Translations under genes and position numbers: made by a program
Virus record (IMG/VR): IMGVR_UViG_3300025652_000295
Span: 1-32,052 of that record
Direction: 5' to 3' (one strand)
Length of the DNA: 32,052 nt
Source: a virus
Taxonomy: Duplodnaviria; Caudoviricetes
Part shown: piece after piece, positions 1-9,102 of the stretch
Position numbering within the stretch: the stretch's first letter is position 1
Layout of the letters: each line of letters begins with the position of its first letter
Notes under the pieces: model-generated
Database searches by the model: none
Told to the model about the DNA's origin: nothing
The model's input: only the letters and a program-made list of their open reading frames with translations

Positions 1-138
1 TTGCTCAAATGCTGATTTTTTACCCTCAGTACCCATGCAAATAGGAGTAACATTATATTGAAGCTCACAATATTCTATAACAGATCTTTGTAGTAAATCC
101 TCTTTACCTAAGTATTTTTCAAACGGGTTTATTCTCAT
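1..138 (-). CDS. VRR-NUC-like nuclease / putative Holliday junction resolvase, N-terminal part (runs off window edge)
   Basis: My translation: MRINPFEKYLGKEDLLQRSVIEYCELQY... ATG overlaps the stop of 138..569. The 'EDLLQRSVIEY' start resembles VRR-NUC proteins, and it lies in the recombination module. Confidence 0.5.
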   Translation of the reverse strand, partial: MRINPFEKYLGKEDLLQRSVIEYCELQYNVTPICMGTEGKKSAFEQ

Positions 139-569
139 TATGTTAAATTTTTAGTATCGTTAATTTCCTGTTTTAATGTGCTTATGTCCTGAGTCATTGA
201 GTTTATAGTATCTCTAATAGTATCAAATTGGCTTTTAACCTTTCTATATAAAGCTTCACTTTTACCCTCTTCTACTCGTAGCTTATAAGTTATTAATTCT
301 GTTTGTAGTTCTGCTTTAGCAACTGAATCACCAGTTTTAATATACTCTAATTTCTTTTCAGCTTCTTTATGTTTTCTAGCTGCATAAGAGTTATTATAAC
401 TTTCTAAAGCATTACCTACTAACTCAGCAAATCTAAACGAATATCCTACTAATTTACGCTTACCTGATATAAGTCTATTTATATCTTTAAAGTCCTCAGC
501 TAAACAGGAATAGAAGCCTATTACAGCTCCTATATCCTTTATTAACTTATCTAATTCCTTAACTTCCAT
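138..569 (-). CDS. Coiled-coil protein, possibly a recombination mediator
   Basis: 143-aa helical ORF directly downstream of the SSB-like gene. Function inferred from context only. Confidence 0.4.
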   Translation of the reverse strand: MEVKELDKLIKDIGAVIGFYSCLAEDFKDINRLISGKRKLVGYSFRFAELVGNALESYNNSYAARKHKEAEKKLEYIKTGDSVAKAELQTELITYKLRVEEGKSEALYRKVKSQFDTIRDTINSMTQDISTLKQEINDTKNLT

Positions 570-916
570 TAAAAAGGAAGATCATCATTTACATCATTAC
601 TAACTTCCATTGCAGGTGCAGAAGGTTTTACAGTTGCTTCACCTTTTTGAACAAACCAACAATCAAGGCTGTTGAAATACTTAGAAACTCCTTCAGGGTT
701 TACCCATTCGCGCCCACGTAAGTTAAATTTAACAGTAAGTACATCACCAACCTTAACTCCATTCATCTTATCTACGTTATCCTGTGTAAGCTGCATTAGA
801 ATATCCTGTGGATACTGGCTTGTTTCATCAGTAATAACAAACTCTCTTTTTTTAAACTTTTCACTAACAACAACTGTATCGTTAACTACTTTAATTCTTC
901 CATTAATTTCAAACAT
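569..916 (-). CDS. DUF3127-family single-stranded DNA-binding protein
   Basis: 'FKKREFVI...YPQDI..QLTQD...FNLRGREW...YFNSLDCW' pattern and an acidic DDLPF C-terminus typical of SSBs. Confidence 0.8.
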   Translation of the reverse strand: MFEINGRIKVVNDTVVVSEKFKKREFVITDETSQYPQDILMQLTQDNVDKMNGVKVGDVLTVKFNLRGREWVNPEGVSKYFNSLDCWFVQKGEATVKPSAPAMEVSNDVNDDLPF

Positions 917-935
917 AATCTACTTTATTTAATTG

Positions 936-1169
936 TTAAACTCTTTTCATTCTTTCATCAAAATCTACATCTAAAGTTTTACCTCTAGTCTGATTAGCTT
1001 TTAGGTAGTCCATTATTTCGTTAGCCTTTTCAACTGTTAACGTAGTATCAAACATATACCTTTCAACCTCTTCTACTTCTTCCTGTGGTATTGAAGATGT
1101 ACGTAATAGATTTTCCATTATTGTAATCATCCATTCACCTGCATACTCTTCACTATTACTATAAGCCAT
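936..1169 (-). CDS. Hypothetical protein
   Basis: 77-aa ORF tightly packed in the operon. Confidence 0.7.
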   Translation of the reverse strand: MAYSNSEEYAGEWMITIMENLLRTSSIPQEEVEEVERYMFDTTLTVEKANEIMDYLKANQTRGKTLDVDFDERMKRV

Positions 1170-1171
1170 AA

Positions 1172-1693
1172 TTACTTAATTTTTTCATTAACTCTTACAT
1201 CACCTTTTTTATCTCTAGCTCCTATTATGCCTTTTTCATAATCTATAAACCAATTCCAGTCATTAGGTCTTAATTTATTACTAGCTGTTGGCTTACCTTG
1301 CTTATCGTAATATTCATCATCTTTCAAGTCAATAAATAAATTAGGAAAGTCATATAAATGCCTACCGATACCCCACATAAAACCTGCTCTTTTAAAAGCA
1401 TCAGAATATTCACCTTTTTCTTTTTCCATTGCTGATTCAGTACCGTTTGACCACTTCCAAACCCACTCACTTCCAAACTTAACAGCTATACCACCCTGTA
1501 AAACTCCTTTAGTATCTCTTTTATAGTCATTTTGCCAATTACCAACACCTGCAACCTCATCAAGTATAGACATATCAACCCTAGCATCTTTATAAGCTAA
1601 TAATAAAGCTTTTACTTTCACGCCAACTTTAATTAACTGCTTAACCTTAAAATCAATATTCTTAGCTTCTAATTTTTTACTTAACCCTTCCAT
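1172..1693 (-). CDS. Rad52/Rad22-family (Sak-like) single-strand annealing protein
   Basis: 'LAYKDARVDMSILDEVAG..NWQ' and 'EKEKGEYSDAFKRAGFMWGIGRHLY' motifs. Near the SSB gene. Confidence 0.85.
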   Translation of the reverse strand: MEGLSKKLEAKNIDFKVKQLIKVGVKVKALLLAYKDARVDMSILDEVAGVGNWQNDYKRDTKGVLQGGIAVKFGSEWVWKWSNGTESAMEKEKGEYSDAFKRAGFMWGIGRHLYDFPNLFIDLKDDEYYDKQGKPTASNKLRPNDWNWFIDYEKGIIGARDKKGDVRVNEKIK

Positions 1694-1923
1694 TGTCCTT
1701 TTTTTGTTTTAATCGTTAGTACTGCATCTTTATCAAATGCTCTTATTATGTTTTGTAGCTTTTCAGCCGTAGCGCATATACTACGCTTTTCTTGAAATAT
1801 AACTACGTTATCATGTGGATTTTTTAAGCCTTTTACATCTCTTATAGAATCAGCTATACCCTTGTTAGACTTCCCACCAGTTTCTAGCAGGAAGTCACTT
1901 AACTTTTGTTTATTCATTGTCAT
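1681..1923 (-). CDS. Hypothetical protein, possibly DNA-binding
   Basis: 80-aa basic ORF overlapping both neighbours. Confidence 0.6.
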   Translation of the reverse strand: MTMNKQKLSDFLLETGGKSNKGIADSIRDVKGLKNPHDNVVIFQEKRSICATAEKLQNIIRAFDKDAVLTIKTKKGQWKG

Positions 1924-2260
1924 ATATTTTATTATCGTTTACATAATCTTCAAACCTGATAGATAAAAAATCCCTAAACTCTCTTAAATCACTACCTTTA
2001 GCGTTTATTGCAACCTCATCACCTGTAGAATCAAAGAATACAATATCAACAGCAGTAAATATAGTTTCTACATTATAACCAGTACCATTATCACTTTCTA
2101 AAGTAGCGTTAATTTCATACTCGAAATCAATACATACACTATATAAATGACCATTACTAAATACATCTACTTTTGAATCGTCTATGTCAAAATAACATTT
2201 GAAGTTTTTAGTTTCTAAGTCTGCTAAAAAGATTTCCTTTACTACTGCTGAAGTTTTCAT
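1910..2260 (-). CDS. Hypothetical acidic protein
   Basis: Start moved to ATG at 2260 (MKTSAVV) because the listed upstream extension covers the promoter at 2286-2310. Confidence 0.7.
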   Translation of the reverse strand: MKTSAVVKEIFLADLETKNFKCYFDIDDSKVDVFSNGHLYSVCIDFEYEINATLESDNGTGYNVETIFTAVDIVFFDSTGDEVAINAKGSDLREFRDFLSIRFEDYVNDNKIYDNE

Positions 2261-2285
2261 ATCGTTGTTTTTGTTCGTTGTGGTA

Positions 2286-2310
2286 CAAATATAGTAATAA
2301 ATTCTTAATA
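2286..2310 (-). promoter_or_regulatory. Bacteroidota sigma70-type promoter (TATATTTG -7 box), copy 1 of a 25-bp repeat
   Basis: Plus strand caaatatagtaataaattcttaata, 22/25 identical to 3663-3687. Confidence 0.7.
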
Positions 2311-2329
2311 CCACGCTATTAAAATAATA

Positions 2330-2938
2330 TTATTTAAAAGTTAGTGTTATTTTAACATCATTAGGAGCTACAGCTTTACCGCCAAAGTAAGGAAAGCGAT
2401 TAACACCAAACCAGTAAGTACTACTTTTTAAGTCTATCCTGATCTTTTGACCTATAAGAACATCACCAATACCAACTACTTTTAATTCTCCATAAACATA
2501 TCTATAATTAAATAAGTCTATCTTTTTTGTTAAGTTGTTATATCTCCATCCTATTCTATCTGAGTTGTTGTGGTGTAGTATATCACCAAAGCCAAAAAGC
2601 TTATTAATCTGCTCGTTTAATTGATCGTTTCCTTTCTCGTATGTATTACATCCTTCATGAAAAGTAACATCTACCGATTGACTGGATTTTTTAATAAAAG
2701 GCTTAAATCTAAACCCTGAGTAATGACCCCCTTTTTTAATAGTATACGTTTTACTGACATTACAAAACAACCACCTTAGAAGCGGTATAAGAACCGTTAA
2801 AACAACCATAGAAAGCAATACAATTGCAAAGTATAAATTAACAGCTACTTCATAATAAACAGAACTAATAAACCACCCTAGTAATATAAGCGTAAAACCT
2901 AAACCTATAAATAAATAATTCAATGTTAACTTTTTCAT
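2330..2938 (-). CDS. Membrane protein with two N-terminal TM helices and a soluble C-terminal domain
   Basis: Hydrophobic segments at about aa 7-29 and 33-58, followed by a polar domain. Confidence 0.7.
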   Translation of the reverse strand: MKKLTLNYLFIGLGFTLILLGWFISSVYYEVAVNLYFAIVLLSMVVLTVLIPLLRWLFCNVSKTYTIKKGGHYSGFRFKPFIKKSSQSVDVTFHEGCNTYEKGNDQLNEQINKLFGFGDILHHNNSDRIGWRYNNLTKKIDLFNYRYVYGELKVVGIGDVLIGQKIRIDLKSSTYWFGVNRFPYFGGKAVAPNDVKITLTFK

Positions 2939-3180
2939 AATTCAACTACTTTTAAAATGTTATCTAATTTTTTAATTACCGCTTTTGCTTCTTCGTAGGT
3001 ATCGTACTTAATCCTAACACCTCCAAACTCTTCACTTTCATTATTTGTTGAAATAGTAACTACGTGGTGCTTGTAATCACCTGTAGGTTTACCTCCATTA
3101 CCTCTTTCAGGTACTGAAACAATATGATAATTAGTAACATTATCAAAATTTACACTTTCATTTTCTAACTTAATCCACAT
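2935..3180 (-). CDS. Hypothetical protein
   Basis: 81-aa ORF with ATGA overlap to the next gene. Confidence 0.7.
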   Translation of the reverse strand: MWIKLENESVNFDNVTNYHIVSVPERGNGGKPTGDYKHHVVTISTNNESEEFGGVRIKYDTYEEAKAVIKKLDNILKVVEL

Positions 3181-3183
3181 AAT

Positions 3184-3342
3184 TTACTTGTTTTTATTTA
3201 TTAGTTCTATTATTTCTTCTATTACATCATCAAAATCTTTTTCAAGTAATGCCCACTTTGGACAATCGTAATACTCTTTACCTCTTAATCCTGTTTGGTT
3301 AGCATCCATTATTTTGTAAATCTCATTTTTTAAATTTTCCAT
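3184..3342 (-). CDS. Small hypothetical protein (52 aa, not in ORF track)
   Basis: MENLKNEIYKIMDANQTGLRGKEYYDCPKWALLEKDFDDVIEEIIELINKNK fills the gap between two minus-strand genes. Confidence 0.65.
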   Translation of the reverse strand: MENLKNEIYKIMDANQTGLRGKEYYDCPKWALLEKDFDDVIEEIIELINKNK

Positions 3343-3369
3343 CTTTCTATAGTTTATAAAAAGAAGAGC

Positions 3370-3633
3370 TTAAATTAGCTCCTCCTTTTTGATTCTTAAT
3401 TCTGTTACCGTTTTTAAATTAATCATTCTAAAAGCATTAGCTTGTAAATCCCATACAGGTATTAAACCTTTTTCAATTGGATCATAAGCCATACCAACAC
3501 CGTTAACACCTTTCTTTACATTTAACCTGCATAACATTTTTCTTACACTTCCATCTTTCTTAATAAAGGTGCATGAAAAAATTGTGTTTTCTGCTGTCTG
3601 AATCTTTGCTAATGTTTCTCTAAAGTTTTCCAT
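3370..3633 (-). CDS. SH3/Sm-like beta-barrel protein (WYL_2/DUF2693-like)
   Basis: 'FSCTFIKKDGSVRKM...VWDLQANAFRMIN' pattern. Confidence 0.65.
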   Translation of the reverse strand: MENFRETLAKIQTAENTIFSCTFIKKDGSVRKMLCRLNVKKGVNGVGMAYDPIEKGLIPVWDLQANAFRMINLKTVTELRIKKEELI

Positions 3634-3662
3634 AATAATGCTTATTTTGTTTTTCGTTAAAC

Positions 3663-3692
3663 CAAAGATAGTATTAAATTCTTATTATACAA
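3663..3692 (-). promoter_or_regulatory. Bacteroidota sigma70-type promoter (TATCTTTG -7 box, TTG about 20 bp upstream), copy 2 of the repeat
   Basis: Plus strand caaagata at 3663-3670 and caa at 3690-3692. Follows a terminator and precedes 3633. Confidence 0.75.
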
Positions 3693-3733
3693 CTATATTA
3701 TAAAAATAAAACTAAAAATAATTTATTAGGCAC

Positions 3734-3764
3734 AAAAATAGGGAAGGTAACGACCCCTTCCCTA
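3734..3764 (-). terminator. Rho-independent terminator ending the late/lysis transcript
   Basis: Stem TAGGGAAGG / CCTTCCCTA followed by a T-run on the minus strand. Confidence 0.8.
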
Positions 3765-3833
3765 AAACAAAACACAAACAAACAAAACGTGCCTAGAAAG
3801 GCATGGAAACTTATTCTACTTCGTTAAATAATT

Positions 3834-4028
3834 CTATAAAGTTTCTACATCAATCTTACCAAACGCAAGTAATAAAGCTAATATACTAATAATAACTAAG
3901 CTTATCTTTCTTTTATCTAGTCTATAATTGTTAACAACCTCAACACCTTTTACTATATCCTTTCCTGAATCCTTTTTCATAAAGAAACCACCTAAACCTT
4001 TTACAGCTATTCCTACTAATTTATTCAT
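3834..4028 (-). CDS. Small membrane protein, holin-like
   Basis: One strong TM segment (ISLVIISILALLLAFG). Immediately downstream of the DUF5675-like gene. Confidence 0.5.
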   Translation of the reverse strand: MNKLVGIAVKGLGGFFMKKDSGKDIVKGVEVVNNYRLDKRKISLVIISILALLLAFGKIDVETL

Positions 4029-4450
4029 ACCTTAACTATATCTAATTTAATAATATCTATATATTTTAACTTATCCATTAATAACTTATAAGCATCCCTA
4101 GAATTTCCTACAAAATCTTTTGATTTACTAAGACCTACCAACGGGCAACCATGCGTATCCTTTGCTGTATTACCTGCGTGTATTCTAATACCATCAAAAC
4201 GTACACCCTTATCATCTTGTACGCTTAGATCAGGTTTATTATAAACTAAAGGCATTAACTGTTTAAACCTATTAGACCAACTTAAAGTAACCGAATACCG
4301 CCCGTAAGGAATGCAAGTTTCTCCATAAACCTTAACACCAGGTAATCTAACAACATCTTCCAATGTATAGCAAATAAAATCATTATCTAAATACAGTTCT
4401 CCTATTGTAGACTTATCTGTAAATGTTGTACGCTCTAATCTTAGTTTCAT
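4025..4450 (-). CDS. DUF5675-family protein, candidate endolysin
   Basis: 'STIGELY...CYTLED...ETCIPYGRY...GIRIHAGNTAKDTHGCPLVG' with a conserved His/Cys pair. Flanked by two membrane proteins. Confidence 0.75.
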   Translation of the reverse strand: MKLRLERTTFTDKSTIGELYLDNDFICYTLEDVVRLPGVKVYGETCIPYGRYSVTLSWSNRFKQLMPLVYNKPDLSVQDDKGVRFDGIRIHAGNTAKDTHGCPLVGLSKSKDFVGNSRDAYKLLMDKLKYIDIIKLDIVKV

Positions 4451-4854
4451 TTTTTAGCTTGTAGTTTTATTATGTCCTTTTCTAATCTAACAACCTTAGA
4501 AGAAAGCTCTACGTTTTCATTAGCCACTAATTCAAAGTTACTTCTAATGCCTTCAAATTTATGTTCCAAAGTTTTTAAACATTCTGAGTTTTTCAATGCT
4601 AACTCACTAGTTTTATTTAAACCTACATTAGCTCTATCTAAATCCTTTTCAACAGCCGTTAAAGTTAAAGCTATCTTTTGTATTGTTAGTTGAAAATCAC
4701 TAAACTTAACATCTAAACGCTCTATCTTATTCCCTAAAGAAACCGTTTCTTTTTTAAAGTCTTTAAATAATCCTTTTAGAAAAAAACTAATTATTCCAAT
4801 TATAGGAAGGGCAACTAAAGGCACTACTATAGCTAATATAGATTCTGTTTTCAT
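4447..4854 (-). CDS. N-terminal TM plus coiled-coil protein (holin- or spanin-like)
   Basis: Hydrophobic aa 6-26 followed by heptad-rich sequence. Lysis-module position. Confidence 0.5.
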   Translation of the reverse strand: MKTESILAIVVPLVALPIIGIISFFLKGLFKDFKKETVSLGNKIERLDVKFSDFQLTIQKIALTLTAVEKDLDRANVGLNKTSELALKNSECLKTLEHKFEGIRSNFELVANENVELSSKVVRLEKDIIKLQAKK

Positions 4855-4855
4855 A

Positions 4856-5272
4856 TTAAACTAAGTTATAATATTCCTTAATTCCATTATCTAAAACCGT
4901 ATCAAAAGGTACAGGCATTTGTGATAATAGTATAATGTTTTCGTAACCGTTGTTTCTAGGTACTGGGTTTCCTTCACCATCTAAAACAGGCGTTACAACT
5001 AACTGACCGTCTACATAGGTGTAAATATACTTCGGTAAAGGATTACCGTTAACATCATAAGAAATATCACCTTTCTTAACTGTATATCCTGCGCTTATAT
5101 CAGTTACAACTGCACCAGTTTCTGCTATGTACGTTTGTAGTCTTAAATGCACTACAGCACATGGCAGCGGGTTTGTGTTCATTTCCTCCTGCACTACTGC
5201 CGTATCTCTTACTAATTGGCGTGGTAACCCCGTTATTGGGTCATTTCCGTATTGATAAACATTACTATTCAT
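4856..5272 (-). CDS. Hypothetical protein, possible tail-fibre chaperone
   Basis: Directly downstream of the tail spike gene. Confidence 0.5.
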   Translation of the reverse strand: MNSNVYQYGNDPITGLPRQLVRDTAVVQEEMNTNPLPCAVVHLRLQTYIAETGAVVTDISAGYTVKKGDISYDVNGNPLPKYIYTYVDGQLVVTPVLDGEGNPVPRNNGYENIILLSQMPVPFDTVLDNGIKEYYNLV

Positions 5273-5289
5273 TTTCTTTTTTTTAAATA

Positions 5290-6957
5290 TTATAAATTAG
5301 CTGAATTACCTTGTGCATCTGCCGTATCTGTCCAAAGGTTAGCGCCTGTTGTAACGTATCTACCTTTAGTTCCCGCAACAGTTCCTTTCACTTTATTACC
5401 TACATAATAACCATCTGCTGCGCCTTGTACTATACCATACGCGCTTGTACTAGCAACTTCAATTGTACAGTTATAAATTCTATTTCTAAACCCGTTATTT
5501 TGTATACCATGACCTGTACCGCTTTTTACTTTTACCGTACAAGTATCGACTGTTATGTCGTCAGTATCTGTAGACATACCGCTACCGCTTTGACTTTCAG
5601 CATAACAAAAGCTTGTTTCTAATGCTGCCTGTATTCCGTAATTTGAACCTCCTGAAATCCCTGTAGAGTGCCTAAGGCTTTTTATTCCTTTAGCGTATAA
5701 ACCTATATTAGTATTGCTTATTGATACTAAGTGGGATATGGTGGTAGTTGCTGTACTTGATGTTGTACCCCTTCCTGTGTTTGATTCCGCGTAACAATGT
5801 ACGATAGAAGCACCGCTTAAAGCGTTTAATCCATTCCCTGAATCAGAATAGAAATCACAATGAGTGGCTTTACCAGTAACAGCACATCCCGTGCCGTTTA
5901 TTGCTTCCCATCTGCTATACTTCATTTCTGCATTGTAACACTGATTACCACCTGTTCCTAAGTTGTAAAATTCGCCACCGTAACAATAAGACCCCGATGA
6001 ACCGTTTATAAAATTACCATCACCCGAAGATGTACCGTAAAACTTACTACCAAAGGCTGTAAGTTGCCCCTTTGTAAATAAACACCTTCCAGTTGAACTG
6101 TTAAAAATGGTATTAGTGAATTTTAAAACGGGTAAACTTCCTGTTATGTTAAAAACGTAACCAGTACCGCCACCTATTTTTAAAACTGTTCCGTTTTTAA
6201 TTGTAAAAGTTCCTGAACCTACTGCTGTTGCAAAGACATGAGAATTTCCTGTAGTATTTAATGTGTATGTATAACTGTTTAAATCCAATATAACACCCGC
6301 TGTTAAAGTTATTTCAACATCACCGTTTTCTGTTATGTCAGTATGTAATTTAACTACATCACCACTAGATGCAGCAGCGTATGCAGTTGCTAAATCGGTG
6401 TAAAATACGGGTTGCCCTAGTGATTGACTTACAGAAACTAAACCGTAACCTTTAGCAATATCTATCCATGCAGAACCGTTGTAGCGTTGTAAACTATCTA
6501 AATCAGTATCGTAAACAAATTCACCCGTTGCAGGTGTTAAAGCTGCTTTTTCTGCTGATGTCACATTAGATATACCACCTTTCATAGATGCCCATGCAGA
6601 ACCATCATAATACTGTAGAAAGTCTGTGGTTTTATCATAGCATAAACTAGCCTTTTGAGGTGTTATACTATTCCATGTTGTACCATCATATCTCACCCAA
6701 TCTTTAAGGCTTACACTATCCCAATCAGCATGAACAGAACCACCTAAAGACAACACGTATATATCTCCTGTACTTTCCGTAGGAGGTGCTAAACTTGCAT
6801 CTACAAAGTTTAAAGCAGAAGGTAAAACTAATTCATCCTGATACTCTAACTCCCCTAACTCATTTTTCCATGAGTAATCGCCATCATTCGCAGGGGTAAA
6901 GCCTTTAGGTACGTGAATTTCACCGTCAACTATATTTTTATGTATTACTATCGCCAT
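5290..6957 (-). CDS. Tail fibre/spike with C-terminal parallel beta-helix (possible depolymerase)
   Basis: N-terminal repeats RYDGTTW, YYDGSAW, RYNGSAW, then Gly/Ser/Thr-rich beta-helix-like periodic sequence. Confidence 0.7.
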   Translation of the reverse strand: MAIVIHKNIVDGEIHVPKGFTPANDGDYSWKNELGELEYQDELVLPSALNFVDASLAPPTESTGDIYVLSLGGSVHADWDSVSLKDWVRYDGTTWNSITPQKASLCYDKTTDFLQYYDGSAWASMKGGISNVTSAEKAALTPATGEFVYDTDLDSLQRYNGSAWIDIAKGYGLVSVSQSLGQPVFYTDLATAYAAASSGDVVKLHTDITENGDVEITLTAGVILDLNSYTYTLNTTGNSHVFATAVGSGTFTIKNGTVLKIGGGTGYVFNITGSLPVLKFTNTIFNSSTGRCLFTKGQLTAFGSKFYGTSSGDGNFINGSSGSYCYGGEFYNLGTGGNQCYNAEMKYSRWEAINGTGCAVTGKATHCDFYSDSGNGLNALSGASIVHCYAESNTGRGTTSSTATTTISHLVSISNTNIGLYAKGIKSLRHSTGISGGSNYGIQAALETSFCYAESQSGSGMSTDTDDITVDTCTVKVKSGTGHGIQNNGFRNRIYNCTIEVASTSAYGIVQGAADGYYVGNKVKGTVAGTKGRYVTTGANLWTDTADAQGNSANL

Positions 6958-6960
6958 TTT

Positions 6961-7467
6961 TTAGTCGTAAAAGATTATACCTTTCTTATTAACTTGCTGA
7001 ATATCTTTACACTCATCAAATAAAGGATAAGTTGTAGGGTCTGCATCGTTGGAATCTTCAATAAAAACAATCATGTCTTTACGCCAAAAATCAGCCTTAT
7101 TCATATAGAAATCCCTACTTTGTGAATAATCAAAGCTTTGAGCTTGTGCTCCGTATTCAGGATCATTAATTATAGAACCTTGATTACTTAATTGAACGTG
7201 TATTTTAGAATAAACTTCATACACATTATAATGAGCTAACATAGGTTTAATAAAGTCATCTACTAAAGTTTCATTATCAGCGGTTAATGTATCTGCTGCA
7301 ATTTCTGTTAAAAGTTCATTATAGAAATCTTTACCTATCACATCTCTAAGATATTTTCTTTGAGTTGGTAATAAATAATTATCAAAATAAGATTGATCGA
7401 ATGCAGCATCATTAATAGCTAAATCCTTAACCTCTATTGATGTCATTATAGGAGTATTAAAAGCCAT
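6961..7467 (-). CDS. Putative head-tail adaptor protein
   Basis: 168 aa, directly after the portal gene. 'Q..YLRDVIGKDFYNEL...FIKPMLAHY' resembles adaptors of Bacteroidota phages. Confidence 0.6.
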   Translation of the reverse strand: MAFNTPIMTSIEVKDLAINDAAFDQSYFDNYLLPTQRKYLRDVIGKDFYNELLTEIAADTLTADNETLVDDFIKPMLAHYNVYEVYSKIHVQLSNQGSIINDPEYGAQAQSFDYSQSRDFYMNKADFWRKDMIVFIEDSNDADPTTYPLFDECKDIQQVNKKGIIFYD

Positions 7468-8789
7468 TACTCTTCTGTTTTTTTATCTTCAGTAACTTCT
7501 ATATTAGCTACTGAATTTTGATTAATAAATAAGCTACCTACCGCTTCATCTTCTAAAGGTTTTAAACCTACCATCTCCCTACCCTCATTTATAGTAGTAA
7601 CAGCATTTACATCTATTCTATCTGAATTACCTACAGGAGCAACATTTAAAATACTAACCTCAACATTAGAGAAATTAGTTTCTCTTTTTATAATCCTGTT
7701 TAATACTTTCAATAATGGCTCTTGGTAATCAGGGATAATAACACTATTCATAAACTTGTCATATTCTAGTTTAATCTGTTCGTTACCTCCTAACTTTCCT
7801 GCCGTTTCTAATCCTGCTAATGCGGGTGTTATTCTATGAGCTACAATAATAGCTTTAGTAGACATTTCACCTATATCTAAAAATTCACCATCTCGCTCCC
7901 TTGTAAACTCTTTTATTATAGCAGCTTGTTCAGGACTATCTAAAAGCTCAATAATAAATTTATCGTTATTACCTTCACCCGTATAAGTTTTCTTAATCTT
8001 TTCTACATATTGTTGAGCTGTCATTCCATCAGGAACTTCACCGAACATTTGCATAAGTACACTAGGAAAAAACCCATTATCAAATTTATCAATATTGTAC
8101 TTACTCATTCTGTACTCTATATCAATCCAATCTAAAGCACCTACATAATCAGGTAAACCATAGTAGTTAAACTCAGGAAACTTACGCATCACATGAAGTA
8201 AATACTCTTTTTGACTTGTTCTATTATAAAACTTTAAATCTGAATTAACAGGAGTATCTATAGTTGGAACTGTACCTAGTTTAATATCCCTCCAAAAGTT
8301 AGAAATATAAGCTCTTTTTTTATCCTTAGATTTTCTTACTGTAGTTGCATCTTCATTGTATAAAGCTGTGAAATCACCCGACTTTTTAACATGAGGGTAG
8401 CAATTACCAGTAATAACAAAAGATTGCATCCAATCATGGAAAACATCAGCTAAACTATCTCCTTCAGGGTTTACCTCTGAAATCCATTCTTTTAAATCAT
8501 CAGGTAATTCATCATAATCTACTTCTTTACCATCAATTTTAAATACAAAACCTTTACCAACCGCAAAAGTTATCTTTTGATTGATAATGGAGCTGTGAGT
8601 ACTTGACCTTCTAGCACGTTTTGCTAAGTCATTAACGTAAATGTTGCTAGAATCTTGGAAAAAAGGAATCCATTTATAAGTAGAATCTATATCTTCTTCG
8701 TCACCTCTTTTAATAATAGGTGTACTGATAGGATCACTTTTAACTTTAGCGGTGCTACCTTGTATTTTAAACTTCTTCTTTTCGCTCAT
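7467..8789 (-). CDS. Portal protein
   Basis: 440 aa with 'SSTHSSII', 'YYGLPDY', 'FDNGFFPS', 'AHRITPALAG' and 'TINEGREMVGL' portal motifs. Confidence 0.9.
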   Translation of the reverse strand: MSEKKKFKIQGSTAKVKSDPISTPIIKRGDEEDIDSTYKWIPFFQDSSNIYVNDLAKRARRSSTHSSIINQKITFAVGKGFVFKIDGKEVDYDELPDDLKEWISEVNPEGDSLADVFHDWMQSFVITGNCYPHVKKSGDFTALYNEDATTVRKSKDKKRAYISNFWRDIKLGTVPTIDTPVNSDLKFYNRTSQKEYLLHVMRKFPEFNYYGLPDYVGALDWIDIEYRMSKYNIDKFDNGFFPSVLMQMFGEVPDGMTAQQYVEKIKKTYTGEGNNDKFIIELLDSPEQAAIIKEFTRERDGEFLDIGEMSTKAIIVAHRITPALAGLETAGKLGGNEQIKLEYDKFMNSVIIPDYQEPLLKVLNRIIKRETNFSNVEVSILNVAPVGNSDRIDVNAVTTINEGREMVGLKPLEDEAVGSLFINQNSVANIEVTEDKKTEE

Positions 8790-8949
8790 CTTCTGCTTCT
8801 TCTACAACTACTTCTACAACATCAGTAAAACCTGCTTTAAACAGCTTTATTAAGTCTTTTTGGCTAGTCTTTTCTGTTAATGGAATAACACCAACAGACC
8901 CAGTAATTAACTTACCTATGAAAGCCTTTTTAATTGCGTACTTCTTCAT
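8767..8949 (-). CDS. Small hypothetical protein preceding the portal
   Basis: 60-aa ORF, first gene after a promoter, overlapping the portal start. Confidence 0.7.
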   Translation of the reverse strand: MKKYAIKKAFIGKLITGSVGVIPLTEKTSQKDLIKLFKAGFTDVVEVVVEEAEDERKEEV

Positions 8950-8953
8950 AGGT

Positions 8954-8997
8954 TAAATATAACAAAAAAAAACAACTATTTAGAACGATTCTAAATA
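8954..8997 (-). promoter_or_regulatory. Portal-operon promoter (TATATTTA, 8954-8961) with palindromic operator TATTTAGAACGATTCTAAATA (8977-8997)
   Basis: Perfect 9-3-9 inverted repeat. The -7-like box lies 4 nt before the ATG. Confidence 0.7.
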
Positions 8998-9039
8998 AGG
9001 GGTTTATAAGGTTTGATTAGTTTTAAATTTGTATTATTG

Positions 9040-9092
9040 CATTAACGCTAAATGTAAAAAGCGTTTTAATGATTTTTAAATAATGTTATAAA
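9040..9092 (+). mobile_element. attC-like site upstream of the plus-strand cassette
   Basis: CATTAAC ... TAAAAA-GCGTT-TT-AATGA-TTTTTA ... GTTATAAA imperfect hairpin, 53 bp. Confidence 0.6.
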
Positions 9093-9102
9093 CTGAAAAA
9101 TT

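Noticed and set aside
8977-8997. Palindrome as a dif/Xer or attP site, or as CRISPR repeats
   Set aside because: The spacer is 3 bp rather than 6-8 bp, the copies are kilobases apart and each sits on a promoter. No repeat-spacer array is visible in the window.
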